A program made the translations under genes and the position numbers. 34,724 nt of DNA, from NCBI GenBank assembly GCA_040357565.1, contig JBDODJ010000119.1; one strand, given 5' to 3'. This stretch comes from Cercozoa sp. M6MM. Its lineage: Eukaryota; Protista; Endomyxa: Ascetosporea. The stretch's first letter is position 1; every line of letters begins with the position of its first letter. The notes under the pieces are model-generated. The model was not told where the DNA came from and made no database searches. It saw only the letters and a list, made by a program, of their open reading frames with translations. Positions 11,225-25,213 of the stretch are shown here, piece after piece.

Positions 11225-12803
11225 ATGCGTGTGAGGTGCACTTGGAGGTCGCTCAACTCGAGGTGGTTTGCTGCGCAAACGCCGCTCCGGGTGCTCTTTT
11301 GCGGCACCGACAGTGCGTTGTTGCTGCTTGTGGCTGTTGGGGTTGTGTTCACAGACACTCCTTGGTTGTTCAGAGTTTAGCGAGCCGCATCTGCGTGCGC
11401 TCGTGCAGGCGCAACGCGACGGCAAGGTCGTGCGCTCGGTCGAGGTGCTGTGCCAGCAGCCGGCCAGCAAGAAGCACGAGCAGTCGGTTTGGCGACTTGC
11501 CAAAGAGTGTGCTTACGCTAGACACGATTGTGCTGCTTGGTGGTGTCACTGAATCATTGTAATTTGCGATGCGTTTTTTTTTTTCGGTTCAAAAGAGAAA
11601 AGCTGCCATTGCATGGCCTATCGCCAAAAACGCCGTTCCAGTTGCCGCACCAAGCGTTTCCCGACTTTGATATCGCCGTTGTCGCCAGTTTTGGGCACAA
11701 ACTCGGGTATATCCACAGAAAAGCTGATTTCGCCTGGTTTGTTAGTTTGATTAGTTTTGTTCATTGCTTGCAGCGACGAATTCATTCAGCAGTTTTCGCT
11801 CGGTGTGATTAACGCACATGGCAGCTTACTCCCGTCGCTGCGAGGTCCTTGATCTGTTGCTTAAGTTGAACGGACTGCCATTTGCGTTGCTTTTTTGTAT
11901 TTTCCTTGTTAATGAATGAAGCAGGTGCCGCACCAGTGCAACGCGCGATTCTCGCCGGAGCGAAGAGAACAGGCGTTACCTATATGGACATTCTGCCCAG
12001 TTCCGGTATCGACACTGGAGATGTGCTGAAACTCGTGCCAGTTGTACAGTTTTCTTTCTGTGATTCTTGCAACAGATTCTCTGCAACAGTTTGCAGTTTC
12101 ACCTTCAGTTCTGGCAGCGGATTGATTGATTTTCGTTGATACAGGAGATCCAGCCGACCGAGAAATCGTCGAATCTACGCGATCGCATGGCTCGATGCAG
12201 TGCCGATGCTCTCATCGATGTGCTCAGCGACATTGAGAACCTGCGAAACAAGGCGCTGCAGCAGAGTGACGTGGGTCCAAACGAAGTTGAGTTTGCGGAG
12301 CAGCTGTCACTGCCGAAACACGCCCGGCGAATCGTGCGAAGCGACGGCTTTCTCGACTTTGCCAATGTGCGTGCTTTCTCTAGCTGTTTGTTGCTTGAGA
12401 GTTTCTTGATGGACTTGGTGATGGTGCACAGGAGACAGCGGCGCAGTGCTTCAATCGCTTCCGAGCCGTGTGCGAGTGGACGCCAGTGGCCTGCTCGCTA
12501 CACGGCAAGAAAGTCGTCGTCCACGACATGTCTCTGTGGAGCAACACGGCACTCGACCAAGCCGAAGTGGACAGCGACTTTGCTGGCGAGAGTTTTGCTC
12601 CACTGGATGATGCGCCTGCTGGTACGTGCCGACTGCACCGCAAGCGACGCGCCCTCGTGGTCAAGTGCGCCGACGGCAAGTGCGTTGCGCTGACACAACT
12701 CGTTCTGCCGAGTCGGCAGCCACAACGCGCCGCTGCTTTCTGGGGCGGCGAAATCAAAGGTCCCGGCGTCTCTCCCGTCTTTTCACGTCTTACCGAGGAG
12801 TAG
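11225..12803 (+). CDS. MTFMT: Mitochondrial methionyl-tRNA formyltransferase
   Basis: Arg-rich presequence, then [50 protein letters not shown] and IDTGDV; 6 GT-AG introns. Confidence 0.9.
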
Positions 12804-13332
12804 TCGAGTGTGTTACAAACTGACTCAGATTATGCAGTCTCCGCGGGGATGAACCCAGACAGACCACGCCACTTGGTCTACCATCATTGAAGCAAAAAGA
12901 AAAGTTAAGAGTTTGTGGCTCTGCGGTACTACTGCCTATAGAGCTGTGACTGGACCTGTCTGAAAGCCTATCCTGTAGATTGAGCCTGCCAGCCGGCAAA
13001 GGGAAAACCTCATCTGCTTGGCATCTGCTGTTCAGTTGCTCCACAAGTAAGCATTGGTTGCTGGGAGGGGTTTTTTAATCTTCTCACGATTTTCCCTGTG
13101 ACGGAAGATTCAGTCTACAACTCCGTCTAGTTAGGGTAATTCTTCACCTCGCTTCCACAATCTGAATCATTGATGCCCTCGCTTCCGTCTAATTGACGTG
13201 ACGACTTACTTCGTTTACTTAGTTTTTCACTGACAACCGTCAGTAACAAGTGCGCACTAGCTAGCGTAGGTAAGTCAGCGGACAGAGAAAGCGTATAGTA
13301 ATGAATAAAGCAGGCGGGCGATTCGCGTCTGG

Positions 13333-14778
<1,446 letters not shown>

Positions 14779-16170
14779 ACTCTGAACCGAATGCGCGACT
14801 GTGGTGAGTAAATAAAGCACTCTGCGGGACTGTAGACCCAGAACGATGCGGAGCGCTGGTGACAATTTTATGATCGGGAAACCTTCGCTGAAACTGAAGG
14901 AAAACGCGCGTTTAGTAGAGGTTTACGGAACTGCAACGTGCCGAAACACTATATTTTGTTCGATTATGACCAAAGATTTAAGAAATAGCGATTCCAGGTG
15001 TATTTCAAATAGCGCAGCCTTAACAAATGTGATGGACGCTGCGCTCCTGGGGGGTGCGGCGAGTGTACCACACGGCGTATAGCGACGAGTAACCAGACGC
15101 TGGTAACCAGCGTGCGATCGTGCGATACGGACCAGGTAAAAGATCTTGGATGTGCTGTTGATTTGGTGAGCTGTGGCGTCTTGGGGGCCAGGAGATCCGA
15201 TCTTTTGTGCGCGTTGTCCTCGATTGGCTTGAGCAGCGTCTCTTGTCGACCGATCGCGGCCGATTGCTGTATTTTGTTTTTGTGGGACGTTTTTTGCCAT
15301 TGTGTTTGGCTTTTTTGGTCATTTCGGTCGCGCGATCGGGCGTGGTTGTGTTCGACGTTAGTATTTGTGGCATCAGATACAAGTTGGAGTAGCTGTTTTT
15401 CTGTGATGGTGCGAGAGTTTCTTTCGCATTCGGGCGTTTTTTGTATAATTTATCAATCGCGACTGTCATTCTCGCGCGCTGTGTCGTTGGTTCCCGATTG
15501 ACTGATTTCGCACGCTGCACAGGATTCCCTTTCGGAGAGTGGAATAAGTGCCGTGATCTGTGCGTGATCCGAGTGCTTTTCGAGTGGTACTGCTGCCTGA
15601 CTCACTTGGGTGTCTCTGCCCCCGAGCAGGGAGGTGTTTGAGGAGAAGCTTGTTTTCTGAGAGTGCACGTGTTGACACGTGTACTCTGAGTGAGCGCCGG
15701 GACACTGTCTGTGTTTGTGTGCCACTTGGGAGGACGCAGGTTATCGTGCCTTGATTGACACAGACTGCCAGTGGAGCGGCCAGCTCGATCGTCGTTGTCG
15801 CAATCGAAAGTCACCCCACTGCGAATCGTTGCCGCAGGTGTGTTTGGCTCAGAAAACAGAGAAACTTTGAGCCTCGGGTCTTGATTCTCCATTCTCCATT
15901 CTCCATTCTCCATTCTCCATTCTTCGCTCTCGATTCATTCTTCATTCTCCATTCGGTTGTGGTGTGTGACGCGATCGGCGCCGTTGCGCAGCTTTAGCGT
16001 TTATTTTTGGCTTTTGCTGGATGCGCGATTTCGGATTTTCATGTTTAAAGTGGTTTCAAACGCGCCTGAAGTGATTTTTCGACATTCCAGCGAATCTAAT
16101 TGTTTTATTTCCAAATAAAGGCGGAAGAAAAAAAAGCTGTGTGTTCGGTTTGGACAGCGTTGTTTTGCCG

Positions 16171-17243
16171 ATGTCGAGCAGCAACGATGAAAGCGCAGCC
16201 TTGCGGAGGCGAGTACCGGCGGGAGTGTCGGTGCCCGTAGGAGTGTCATCATCGCCGTCAGCATCAACGTCGGTATCGCTGTCGGTATCGAGGAGGAGCC
16301 GCAGCGCAGACGTCGACGGTGACACACTGAGCGATCGCACGCCGTCGCCGAGTCCGACGTTGGACCGCAGCGAGCACTCGACGGAAGCGAGTGACAAAGC
16401 GAGTGACAAAGCCCAGGAGTCGCTGAGCGAGAAAAGCCAGCAGACGCAAAAGGCGCAACCAACATCTACAAGGACGAAAGGCAAAACGAAGCGACCGCCA
16501 ACGATGGCGCCCCGACCGGTGGTGACAGCTGCACGACTTGGCGAGCAGACGCACGTGCGCGTGCACGGCATAGCACCGGTGACGGTAGAGCTTCCTTTTT
16601 CCCAATCAGTTTCGATCAATCAATTCAAAATTGACTGAATGTGCATAGGGCCTCTCGGGCAACTACCCGCTGAGCGACGAGTTCAAACGACTGGGCAGGA
16701 TCCTGTCCTCGATGCGGCACGTCAACACGGCGCGTATGGCCGCTCGCGACGAAACCAATGGTACGAGATGTTAATTTTATTTCCTTCACTCGAGGGCAGC
16801 GTTTCTCGTGTGTGATCCGGGAAAACGCTGCCCTGGGGGTGTGCGATGTGCCTGGATGCGCGCAACGAGTTCCCAGCTAGCAAACTAGCACTGCTAGGAA
16901 GCATAGTGCTGGAGAGATAGAGAGACAGAGAGTCATCCCACTCGTGAGTGTGCATGTTTGTGCTGTCGCCGCCGTTGCTGTTGGGTCCCAGCGAGGAGGT
17001 TGCCAGCGATTCCTCGGTGTCGCTGTCGTCGTGGCAGCAGCTGCACTCGCCCGTGTCACTGGGCGAGTCGACTGCACCGTCGCTTTGGACTGCCACGCAC
17101 GATGGTAGTGCTGCCTGTATCTGTCTGTTTGTGTCTGTTCTGTCTGTTCATCTCCCCGACCTGTTCGTCCTACCCTATCTGTATCTATATATATATATAT
17201 ATATATATTTGTCTATCTATCTCTATCTGTCTATCTATCCATC

Positions 17244-17290
<47 letters not shown>

Positions 17291-17300
17291 NNNNNNNNNN

Positions 17301-17347
<47 letters not shown>

Positions 17348-17348
17348 G

Positions 17349-17405
<57 letters not shown>

Positions 17406-20188
17406 ACTATCCTTCTACCCATGTGTCTATCTATATGCCCTCGTTCCTTTCAAAGCGATATGTGTGCTTGTGTCTAAGCAGAGGAGGCACTCTTCCTGGA
17501 GCGCTCAGACGGCGCGGCACAGTCGCTGGTGCTGGATGCTTCGGTGCTGCCGTCCGGCGAGAGCGCTCTGCTCGGACTGCCTGTACAGGCAGAGGCACAC
17601 GAGACACAGGCACAGGCACAGGCACTCGAGGGCAGCGTGCGACCGCACACGGCGCCGGTGCTGTCGGTGCCTGCTGTCGGTACTCGTGCACACTCGTTGC
17701 GTCCACACACTGCCTCCACTGGTAGCTTCATTAATATACTCTGGTTGAGTACTATATACTCTGGTCGAGTACTATATACTCTGGTCGAGTACTGCTCGGG
17801 AAGGCTACTTGTGAAGGCTAAACTTGTGTGTGTGCAGGAGGTGTCTGGGACTGGACTCGACACTCGCGCATCCAGGCATTGCGGCGACACGCCGTGCCGG
17901 GCTTGATATCTCTCATGTGTGCAGACACTCTCTCGTTGCCGCGTGCTGCTGTGGTACCCGCCTACCTCTCCCCCTTACCCCATACCCTGCAACCCCCATA
18001 CCCCATAACCCCCATACCCATTAACCCATTAACCCCCTACCCTGCATCCCCCATACCCTGTAACCCCCATACCCTGCAATCCCCATACCCTGTAACCGGG
18101 ATACCCTGCAGACGGAGGAAGCGCACGGACTGGCTGACAGCGACGCCGTCGACGAGGAGAACAAGGAGGACAGTGGCGACGAGAGTATGCGTATGGCCTC
18201 TCACCTGTAGACCCGTTACCCAATATGTGTACCCCTTCCCCTCCCCTGTGCACAGAGGAGATCAACGTGGTGGGCGAGAGCGGCGGCGTGGCGCGGAGTG
18301 AGCACCGGTGCCACTTTTGCGGCGTGACGCAGACGCCGCTGTGGCGCAAGGGCATGGACGGACAGCGGCTCTGCAACGCGTGCTCCATGTACGAGAAGCG
18401 ACACGGGTCGCTCAAGGGCCGCGACCCGCACTGGTACAAGAAACCGCAGGCGCGCCGGCGACTCGGCGGCCTCGGCAAGACGGCTGCCGCCAAGCGCGCC
18501 CGCGACGACACTGCCCTCTCGTCTGGGTATGCTTTATGTTGTTTATATGTATTTATCTATATCTATATGTATACTATCTGTATATCTGTATATCTATATA
18601 TATATATATTATATATATATGTATATCTGTATATCTATATATCTGTATATCTATATATATATATATATATATATATCAGTCTATCTATATTTGTATCTAT
18701 ATATCTGTATATCTATATATATATATATATGTATATCTATATTTGTATATATATATATATATATATGTATATCTGTATATGTGTATATCTGTATATCTAT
18801 ATATCTGTATATCTATATCTGTATATCTATATATGTATATATATATATATGTATATTTCCATACAAATATTTATCTATTTATTTGTTTGCTATCTATTCA
18901 TTTTGTTTGTTTATTTGTTCATTAATTAGTCAATTTATTGATTGATTTGTGAGTTTATATCTGTGTTAATGGGTATGCGTGCACAGGTCGACACAAGCGG
19001 CAGTGCCGGCGACGACGAGCGGTGCCACCCCGAGCAGCAGCGCGACAGGCGGCAGCACGGGCAGCGGCCGCAGTGGCGGCACAGCAGCGCGCGGCAGTGC
19101 CGAGGTACCGGCGCGACGGCCGGTGCGAGCGACACGTGCGCGACGCCGCGTCTGGCACGTGGACGAAGAGGAGGAAGCGCTGCCACCGGCGGTGCGACGA
19201 CCGCCGGCCGTGCAGGTCGTCCGCGTGGCCGGCACGCCGTCGACGTCACCGCTGCGCGCCGTATGTTTCTCAATATCAATGTATATTTGTATCGGATATA
19301 GGTGTGTTATACACATGTACGTATAATGTGTATATATATACATATATATATATATATGTATGTATATAGATATATGTGTGTGTGTGTGTGTAGATGCAGA
19401 GGAAACCGCGGCCGCCGCCGCCACCGCCGATGCTGATGGGCGTCAAGAAGCGCAAGGTCATGCCGCAGGTAGCGCACTCTAACACCTCTACCCTTCGCCG
19501 TGTATGTGTGTGTGTGCAGATGACAGTGCCGCAGTTGGCGGTGCTGCAGCAGCAGCAGCAGCAGTTCATTCGACAGTTGGATCAGGTAGGGCACGCTCAG
19601 TGTGTAGTATGTATACCCATGCACCCCTTGTGTTGTTGCTGTGGACAGAGACAGCAGCAGCTACAGCAGCTGCAACTCCTGGCGCGAATGCACGCCAGTG
19701 CGGCAGCTCAGCAGCAGCAGGTGGCACCGGCGCCTGTGCCTGCCCCTGCACGTGTGCCTGCACGTGTGCCCGCACGTGTGCCTGCACGTGTGCCCGCACG
19801 TGTGCCTGCACATGTACCACCGCCGCCGCCAAGTCGCGCGTCGACGCAGCTGCCGTCGATGCCGGTGCCGGTGCGGAGACACGTGTTGCCGGTGGTGCCC
19901 TCGGCCTCGGCCTCTTCTGCCTCGTCTGCCTCGTCTATCTCGGCCTCAGCGACACCGGCCTCAGCGACACCGGCGTCTTCCTCGTCGCCGGTCTCGTCGT
20001 CCACCACGCGGACCGAGGCTCCGTTTCCCTTTCTCTCTCTCTCTCTCTCTCAAGACACACTGTCAGTTCATGTGTGTAAATGCCTCTGCCTGCAGACGAG
20101 TCGATACAGCGCCTTCGTCCCGACCAACAAAACGGCTTCGTCCATCAACGTTGCGAGCGGCCACTCTGGCGGTCACGCTGCCGTCTAG
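16171..20188 (+). CDS. GATA zinc-finger transcription factor with long low-complexity regions
   Basis: [25 protein letters not shown] (CX2CX17CX2C) followed by a basic region at ~18309-18500; Ser/Pro/Gln-rich flanks. Exon structure outside the finger is approximate. Confidence 0.8.
17291..17300. other. Assembly gap (10 N) within a (CTAT)n microsatellite
   Basis: N run. Confidence 1.
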
Positions 20189-20471
20189 CCGGCGCCCCTT
20201 TCTCTCTCGAGTCGAGTTCGCCGCGCTGACGTCTTGGTTTGCTGCCGCGTTCTGCATATCGTACACAACAACGAAACGGACGCTCAGTGCATGCGAGTCG
20301 CCTCCAGCGTGGGTACACAGGAGTGTCGAATTCGTTTCACCGGTCAACGCACCTCGTGAGCCCGTTGATATCAATTTGACGTCATAGTTGTAATTATTTT
20401 GACTCAAATTAATGTCGATTCTCGATGGACTGAATCTGCTACTCTATCGTGTCAATTCTCGGTCAATCCAT

Positions 20472-20664
20472 GGTCAATTGGCCGGGTATGGCGGGGGTTT
20501 TTCGAGGCAAAACCGAACCACCTAAACATCTATCTCCTTAACCCTTACCCTTAAAACCCGTCTTCCCCTCTTTACCTCCTTTGCTCCTACCCCCTTACCC
20601 CCCCCCCCCCCCTATCCTCTATTCTGATTTTGCCTCAAAAAACCCCGCCATGTCCCAATTGGCC
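20472..20664. mobile_element. MITE-like element / long imperfect inverted repeat
   Basis: Left arm GGTCAATTGGCCGGGTATGGCGGGGGTTTTTCGAGGCAAAACCGAA versus reverse complement of the right arm GGCCAATTGGGACATGGCGGGGTTTTTTGAGGCAAAATCAGAA; non-coding C-rich interior. No clear TSD. Confidence 0.55.
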
Positions 20665-21307
20665 GATAATGACACATTGATGTTAAATTAATGTCGGTTT
20701 GATGTCAGAATAACTGAAAAATGACTTAATGACAGCACGAACCGCTGATGCGAAGTATAGCCGCAGACGTTGTCGTGGAATCCCTCGTCGTTAGTGCGGC
20801 GACTCGCTCTGCAACGCCATGAACGAACGTACACAAGCAGAGAACATCGAATAGAAACAAGTGCCTCGGAGGCATCGTGGTACCACAGCGCCTGCAGCAA
20901 ATCCCTAATCCAAAACAGTTCAATCACAATCTGTGTCATAGTTACGTCAAGTGGTATCAACAACGAACTCAGGGGCACAGGATTTGTACTTGATCGTATC
21001 GGTATACCGCACGACCGACCGTGCGCAGTCAATTTCAGAGCCGATCGGCGTACGCGCCTGGTGGAACTAGTCCCTACAGTTTTAAAGAAATTGCAGACAC
21101 GGGGGCCCTGCAAGCTGGATGGCTTTGCTCACTCGGTCAGTGGTCGAGGTCAAGCGAAATAATTAAAACCATCCGCGTGGATCGGTTTGTCAAAGCCGAG
21201 TCACTGTGGTCGAATTGTTTGCAAAAGTGCCCTGTACCTTCTTCGACAGCACAAAGACTACTCTGGTTCGCATTAAACGATACTCGACAGAAGGTTAGAG
21301 TGTTGCA

Positions 21308-23665
21308 ATGGCCGACAGCTTTGCCGGTGCTGGCGTGCAGCCTCTGGAATTGAACCCACGGATGACGCGATGGGATCGCTTCACAGCTTTAGGTTTAATG
21401 GGTCTCACCGGTCTCTGTGCCTACCAATGGTGGATCAAAGACACGCTCTTTCGATACCCTGTCATTCACTACCCAAAGTAAGCCACACCCACAACTTTCT
21501 CTTTCCGATTCCCTTTGCCTTCCCTTAATCGACTCGCAGCGGAATTGAGTTTGACTGGGAGGAGAAAGACCACTGGTATAAGTCGTTGATGAGCAAAAAT
21601 TTGACTCCAAAGCTGTACCGCCAACTGCGCTCGGTCGCCACCGAAGAAGCTGTCCCAACCATTTTCAATTTTCGTTCTGTATTTGAGTTTAATGTGCGCC
21701 TCAACCTGGAACAAACTCTGGTTTGTTGAGCAGGGAGTCTACGGCGGCTTTGTACACCGGCTCTATCGTCGAACTATTACATTTGATTGCAATTCATAGC
21801 TGTGCCGATGTTGTATATTTACTTATTCATACAGACGCTGGATAAAGCTATTCGGAGCGGCGTCGAGAACCCCGAAAGCAGCGTTGGAATCTATGCAGGA
21901 GATGAGGTACTGGCCACCGGGGTGTGAGTTAATCCTCGCTCGAGCACTCAGCTATTGAATCACAGGAGTCCTACGAAAGTTTTGCGCCTGTCTTTGACAA
22001 AATCATTGGTACACGTGGCAAAATTTTTCTTTCGCACCTAGGCATGCAACACCTGTAGAGGAATACCACAACGGTTACACGAAAGACCGCAAACACAAGA
22101 GCTCATTGAACCCTAAGGAAGTTGATCCCATCCCTGACCCAAAGAAGTTCGAACAATACATCGTAAGCACTCGAATGCGCGTCGCCCGCAACGTTCGAGG
22201 CCTCGCATTGTGTCCGGGTCAATCGCACCATCAGCGAAAGGAGCTCGAACACCTTGCATTCGACTGTTTTCAAGAACTGCCCAAAGAGTTAGCAGGACAC
22301 TACTGCAGCTTGGTACTTGAGTCTGACTTGCTCGAGATGAGTATAGCTGTCATCCAACAACGTTTTCAGGTGGACATTGATGACGCGACCCAACAGCGCC
22401 TCCTCAAAGAACACCTTCTGTTCAACAAGGACGACAAGTACTTACAGTCGGCAGGTACTTTTCACTTTACTCACTTTACCGCCTTTTTGATCGAATCCTG
22501 AAACTCTAAAACTAGGCGCGAATCGTGACTGGCCAAACGGAAGAGGCGTTTTCCACAACCACGACAAAAAGTTTTTGTGCTGGGTTGGAGAAGAGGTAAA
22601 TTATCATCCTCTCTGAAGCACTCAATTTACATGTCTCACGTATTTGAGGTATCGCAGGACCAACTTCGCATCATTTCAATGGAAAAGGGGTACTGTAGCT
22701 GTATGTATACAGTAACCTCCCTCGCCAATCGCCTAACATGTTCCTGAACCTCAGGGCCGACATTCATGGTGTTTTCTCGCGGCTGTGCAACGGCGTCCAG
22801 TCGATTGAAAACTCCGTCAAAAAGCGAGGCAAAGAGTTTATGTATGTCAAGTAAATTTATATGTGCAGGCAGCAATATCAAAATAAGCTCCTTTGTGTCT
22901 TTTAGGTACAACGACCATCTCGGCTACATCACCGGTAGTAGTCGTTTCCAATCTAACTTACAATTTACCTTGAGCAATTTCGGAATGTACCTGACGCAAC
23001 GCTAATATAGCTTGCCCAACCAACCTTGGAACCGGTACTTAAATACTAGTGCTAGCATTCGTTTTGGGTGAAGTGAAACCGTGAATTCGCAACCTTGTGT
23101 ATGCCTTATTTAGGTCTTCGTGCGAGCGGTGAGAGATTATGGAAGTGACCTTTCCATCGATTTACGAGTTCTTTTAAACGAACAGTGCTGATCAAGTTGC
23201 CAAAGCTGTCACGTCATGGTAATTTCAAGGAAGTTGTGGAAAAGCTCGGACTCCAGGCTCGTGGCCTGTACGGAGAGCACTCGGATCATGGCGAGGTGAT
23301 ACGTCAATCTTACCCTAACTGTTAGTAAAGTATAGCGTAAGACTTGCGATGATAGGGTGGTGTGTACGACATCTCAAATCGCTTCCGGCTTGGATACACT
23401 GAGACGGAACTCGTCAACCAACTCATTCGCGGCATCGACACACTGATTAAAATGGGTACTCCTCTTTAAACTACAGGGAGTGAGACTGATGGTTAGTACT
23501 CGCACGCCCACGCACATGCACTTCACAGAAGAGAGCGAGTCCACTCTCGCAGAAGAGCTGTATGAAATGGTAAGCCACAGTGCAGAATCACTCCATCAGG
23601 TACCGCAGATGCCTGTTCGAGAACTCTGCGAACTCGGGAGGCGGGGGGGGGGGGGGCTCACATGA
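21308..23665 (+). CDS. Phosphagen (ATP:guanido) kinase, arginine-kinase-like, with hydrophobic N-terminal extension
   Basis: KSLMSKNLT, SGVENPESSVGIYAGDEESY, STRMRVARN, DWPNGRGVFHN, WVGEEDQLRIISM, GYITACPTNLGTGLRASV, RGLYGEHS, YDISNRFRLG; 15 GT-AG introns. The last exon and stop are uncertain. Confidence 0.92.
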
Positions 23666-24367
23666 GAGGGGTCAGTACTCTGCAGATTCAATTTATGTAT
23701 GCACCATCAGGCGGTTTGATTCACGCAAACGATTTCGCCACGTGTTGCTGAATTCGCGTGACGCCCAAGCAATTGCTTGAAACAAGGAGAACGGTTTGTT
23801 CGCTGGGAACTTACGGTGCAATCTGTCATCCGACCTTAATGTCCCTCTAAAAGAAAAAATGTTGTTAGTTGAAACTGTTCACCAATAAGTTTAGATGCAC
23901 TGGCGGCAGGCCACAGGGCCCTGGAATCGGGTTGCATGCTTTGCGAAAGTGAGGCAACTTTTGTAGTTTAGATTCCTTTTTGCTCCATCCCACGCAAAGA
24001 AAGCGTTGGGGAGAGTACCAAGATGACGTGCAGAAGCGCAGGATTGACTAACGACGGATTTTTGAGATTGGCTAACTTACTGTCGCACCCACAAGTCGAT
24101 TTTACTGTCGTGCAGGCCTGTGACAGCCAACTCCTGCCACGGGCAGGCAGTGCAGACCGCCAACACCAATTGGGTACCGCCAGGCTTGGCGACAGGACGA
24201 ATGCACAGTGTCAGAGGAGTTTTCAATCCGATACTGAGCCATTACGGTGCGGTACAATGCCAGAGGATTTTCAGAAACAAAAAATCTGTCCGATCTTCTC
24301 TTTGCGTTGAACAAAACCAAAATTACACCATCGACGAGACTTGGCGTTTCGTACCAGTCCTGTTTAG

Positions 24368-25168
24368 CTACCGCTTGTTATCAATGTCGATATCGCCGTT
24401 CAGGTTCACGTTTTCCCACACACCTGTACAAAAGAACTGATACAAACATACTTTGATTTCAACAACAAGAACAACGGACGCATGTTGCGCTGGCCACCGA
24501 ACACCGAACTACAGGGAATACGCATGAACACAAAGTTGTCTGACGCAATCGAAACTTTAAAATGCGAAATACAGGTCCTCGTATTGAGCTTGCGGCTCAA
24601 AGCCGAAAACCTTCGACTGTGATTCGATGAAGTTACAGCACGGCATCGCCATCACAGCCACTGCGAGCACACTCACACATGCGATCAATTCCCCCCAAGA
24701 AGAAGAGTCAAGAAAAATCGAACCTGCGCGTTTCTCGAGCGGAATTTCCTCGCGCCAGCGCTGAAACCAAAAGATGGCACTCGACAAAATAGCTAACGGG
24801 GAAAGTGTCTGTACCACACGGTGCTTCAGCACTTCATCCAAATCTACGTGCGCATGGAGCCTGCACGCGACGTTCAGAATAACTTATTCATACATCAATA
24901 CAGTTCATATATAGTTGATACTGAAGGAGAGTTACGCGACGAAAACAACGGTGCCCTCGCAGTCCTCGACAACCATGTCTTCCATCTGCACAGTGTCACA
25001 CGTAAATGGGCCCATGTATTTCCTTTTTCGAAAGCACAGCATTATTCTACCTTGCACCTGCGCACTTCGAGTCGTCGCACTGCGCCGTTGCTCCAGCGCG
25101 GATCTTGGCGCATTTGACTGCAGCAGTCACAACAGCAAACATACGCCTCTCTCTCTCTCTCTCTCCCT

Positions 25169-25213
<45 letters not shown>

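Noticed and set aside
14923-15997. Several 80-166 aa ORFs between PRMT1 and the GATA gene
   Set aside because: No recognisable motifs or GC3 bias; more likely a divergent promoter/5' UTR with a short ATTCTCC repeat.
18529-18945. Long ORFs rich in YI/CV/HT/LS/RE dipeptides (also 16948-17748, 28812-29595, 29484-30374)
   Set aside because: Translations of intronic (AT)n, (GT)n, (CTAT)n and (AG)n microsatellites, not proteins.
20688-21162. ORFs upstream of the kinase (one with GTGFVLD, reminiscent of trypsin-like proteases)
   Set aside because: No catalytic His/Asp/Ser motifs, no clear start or splice pattern, and no coding-like codon bias.
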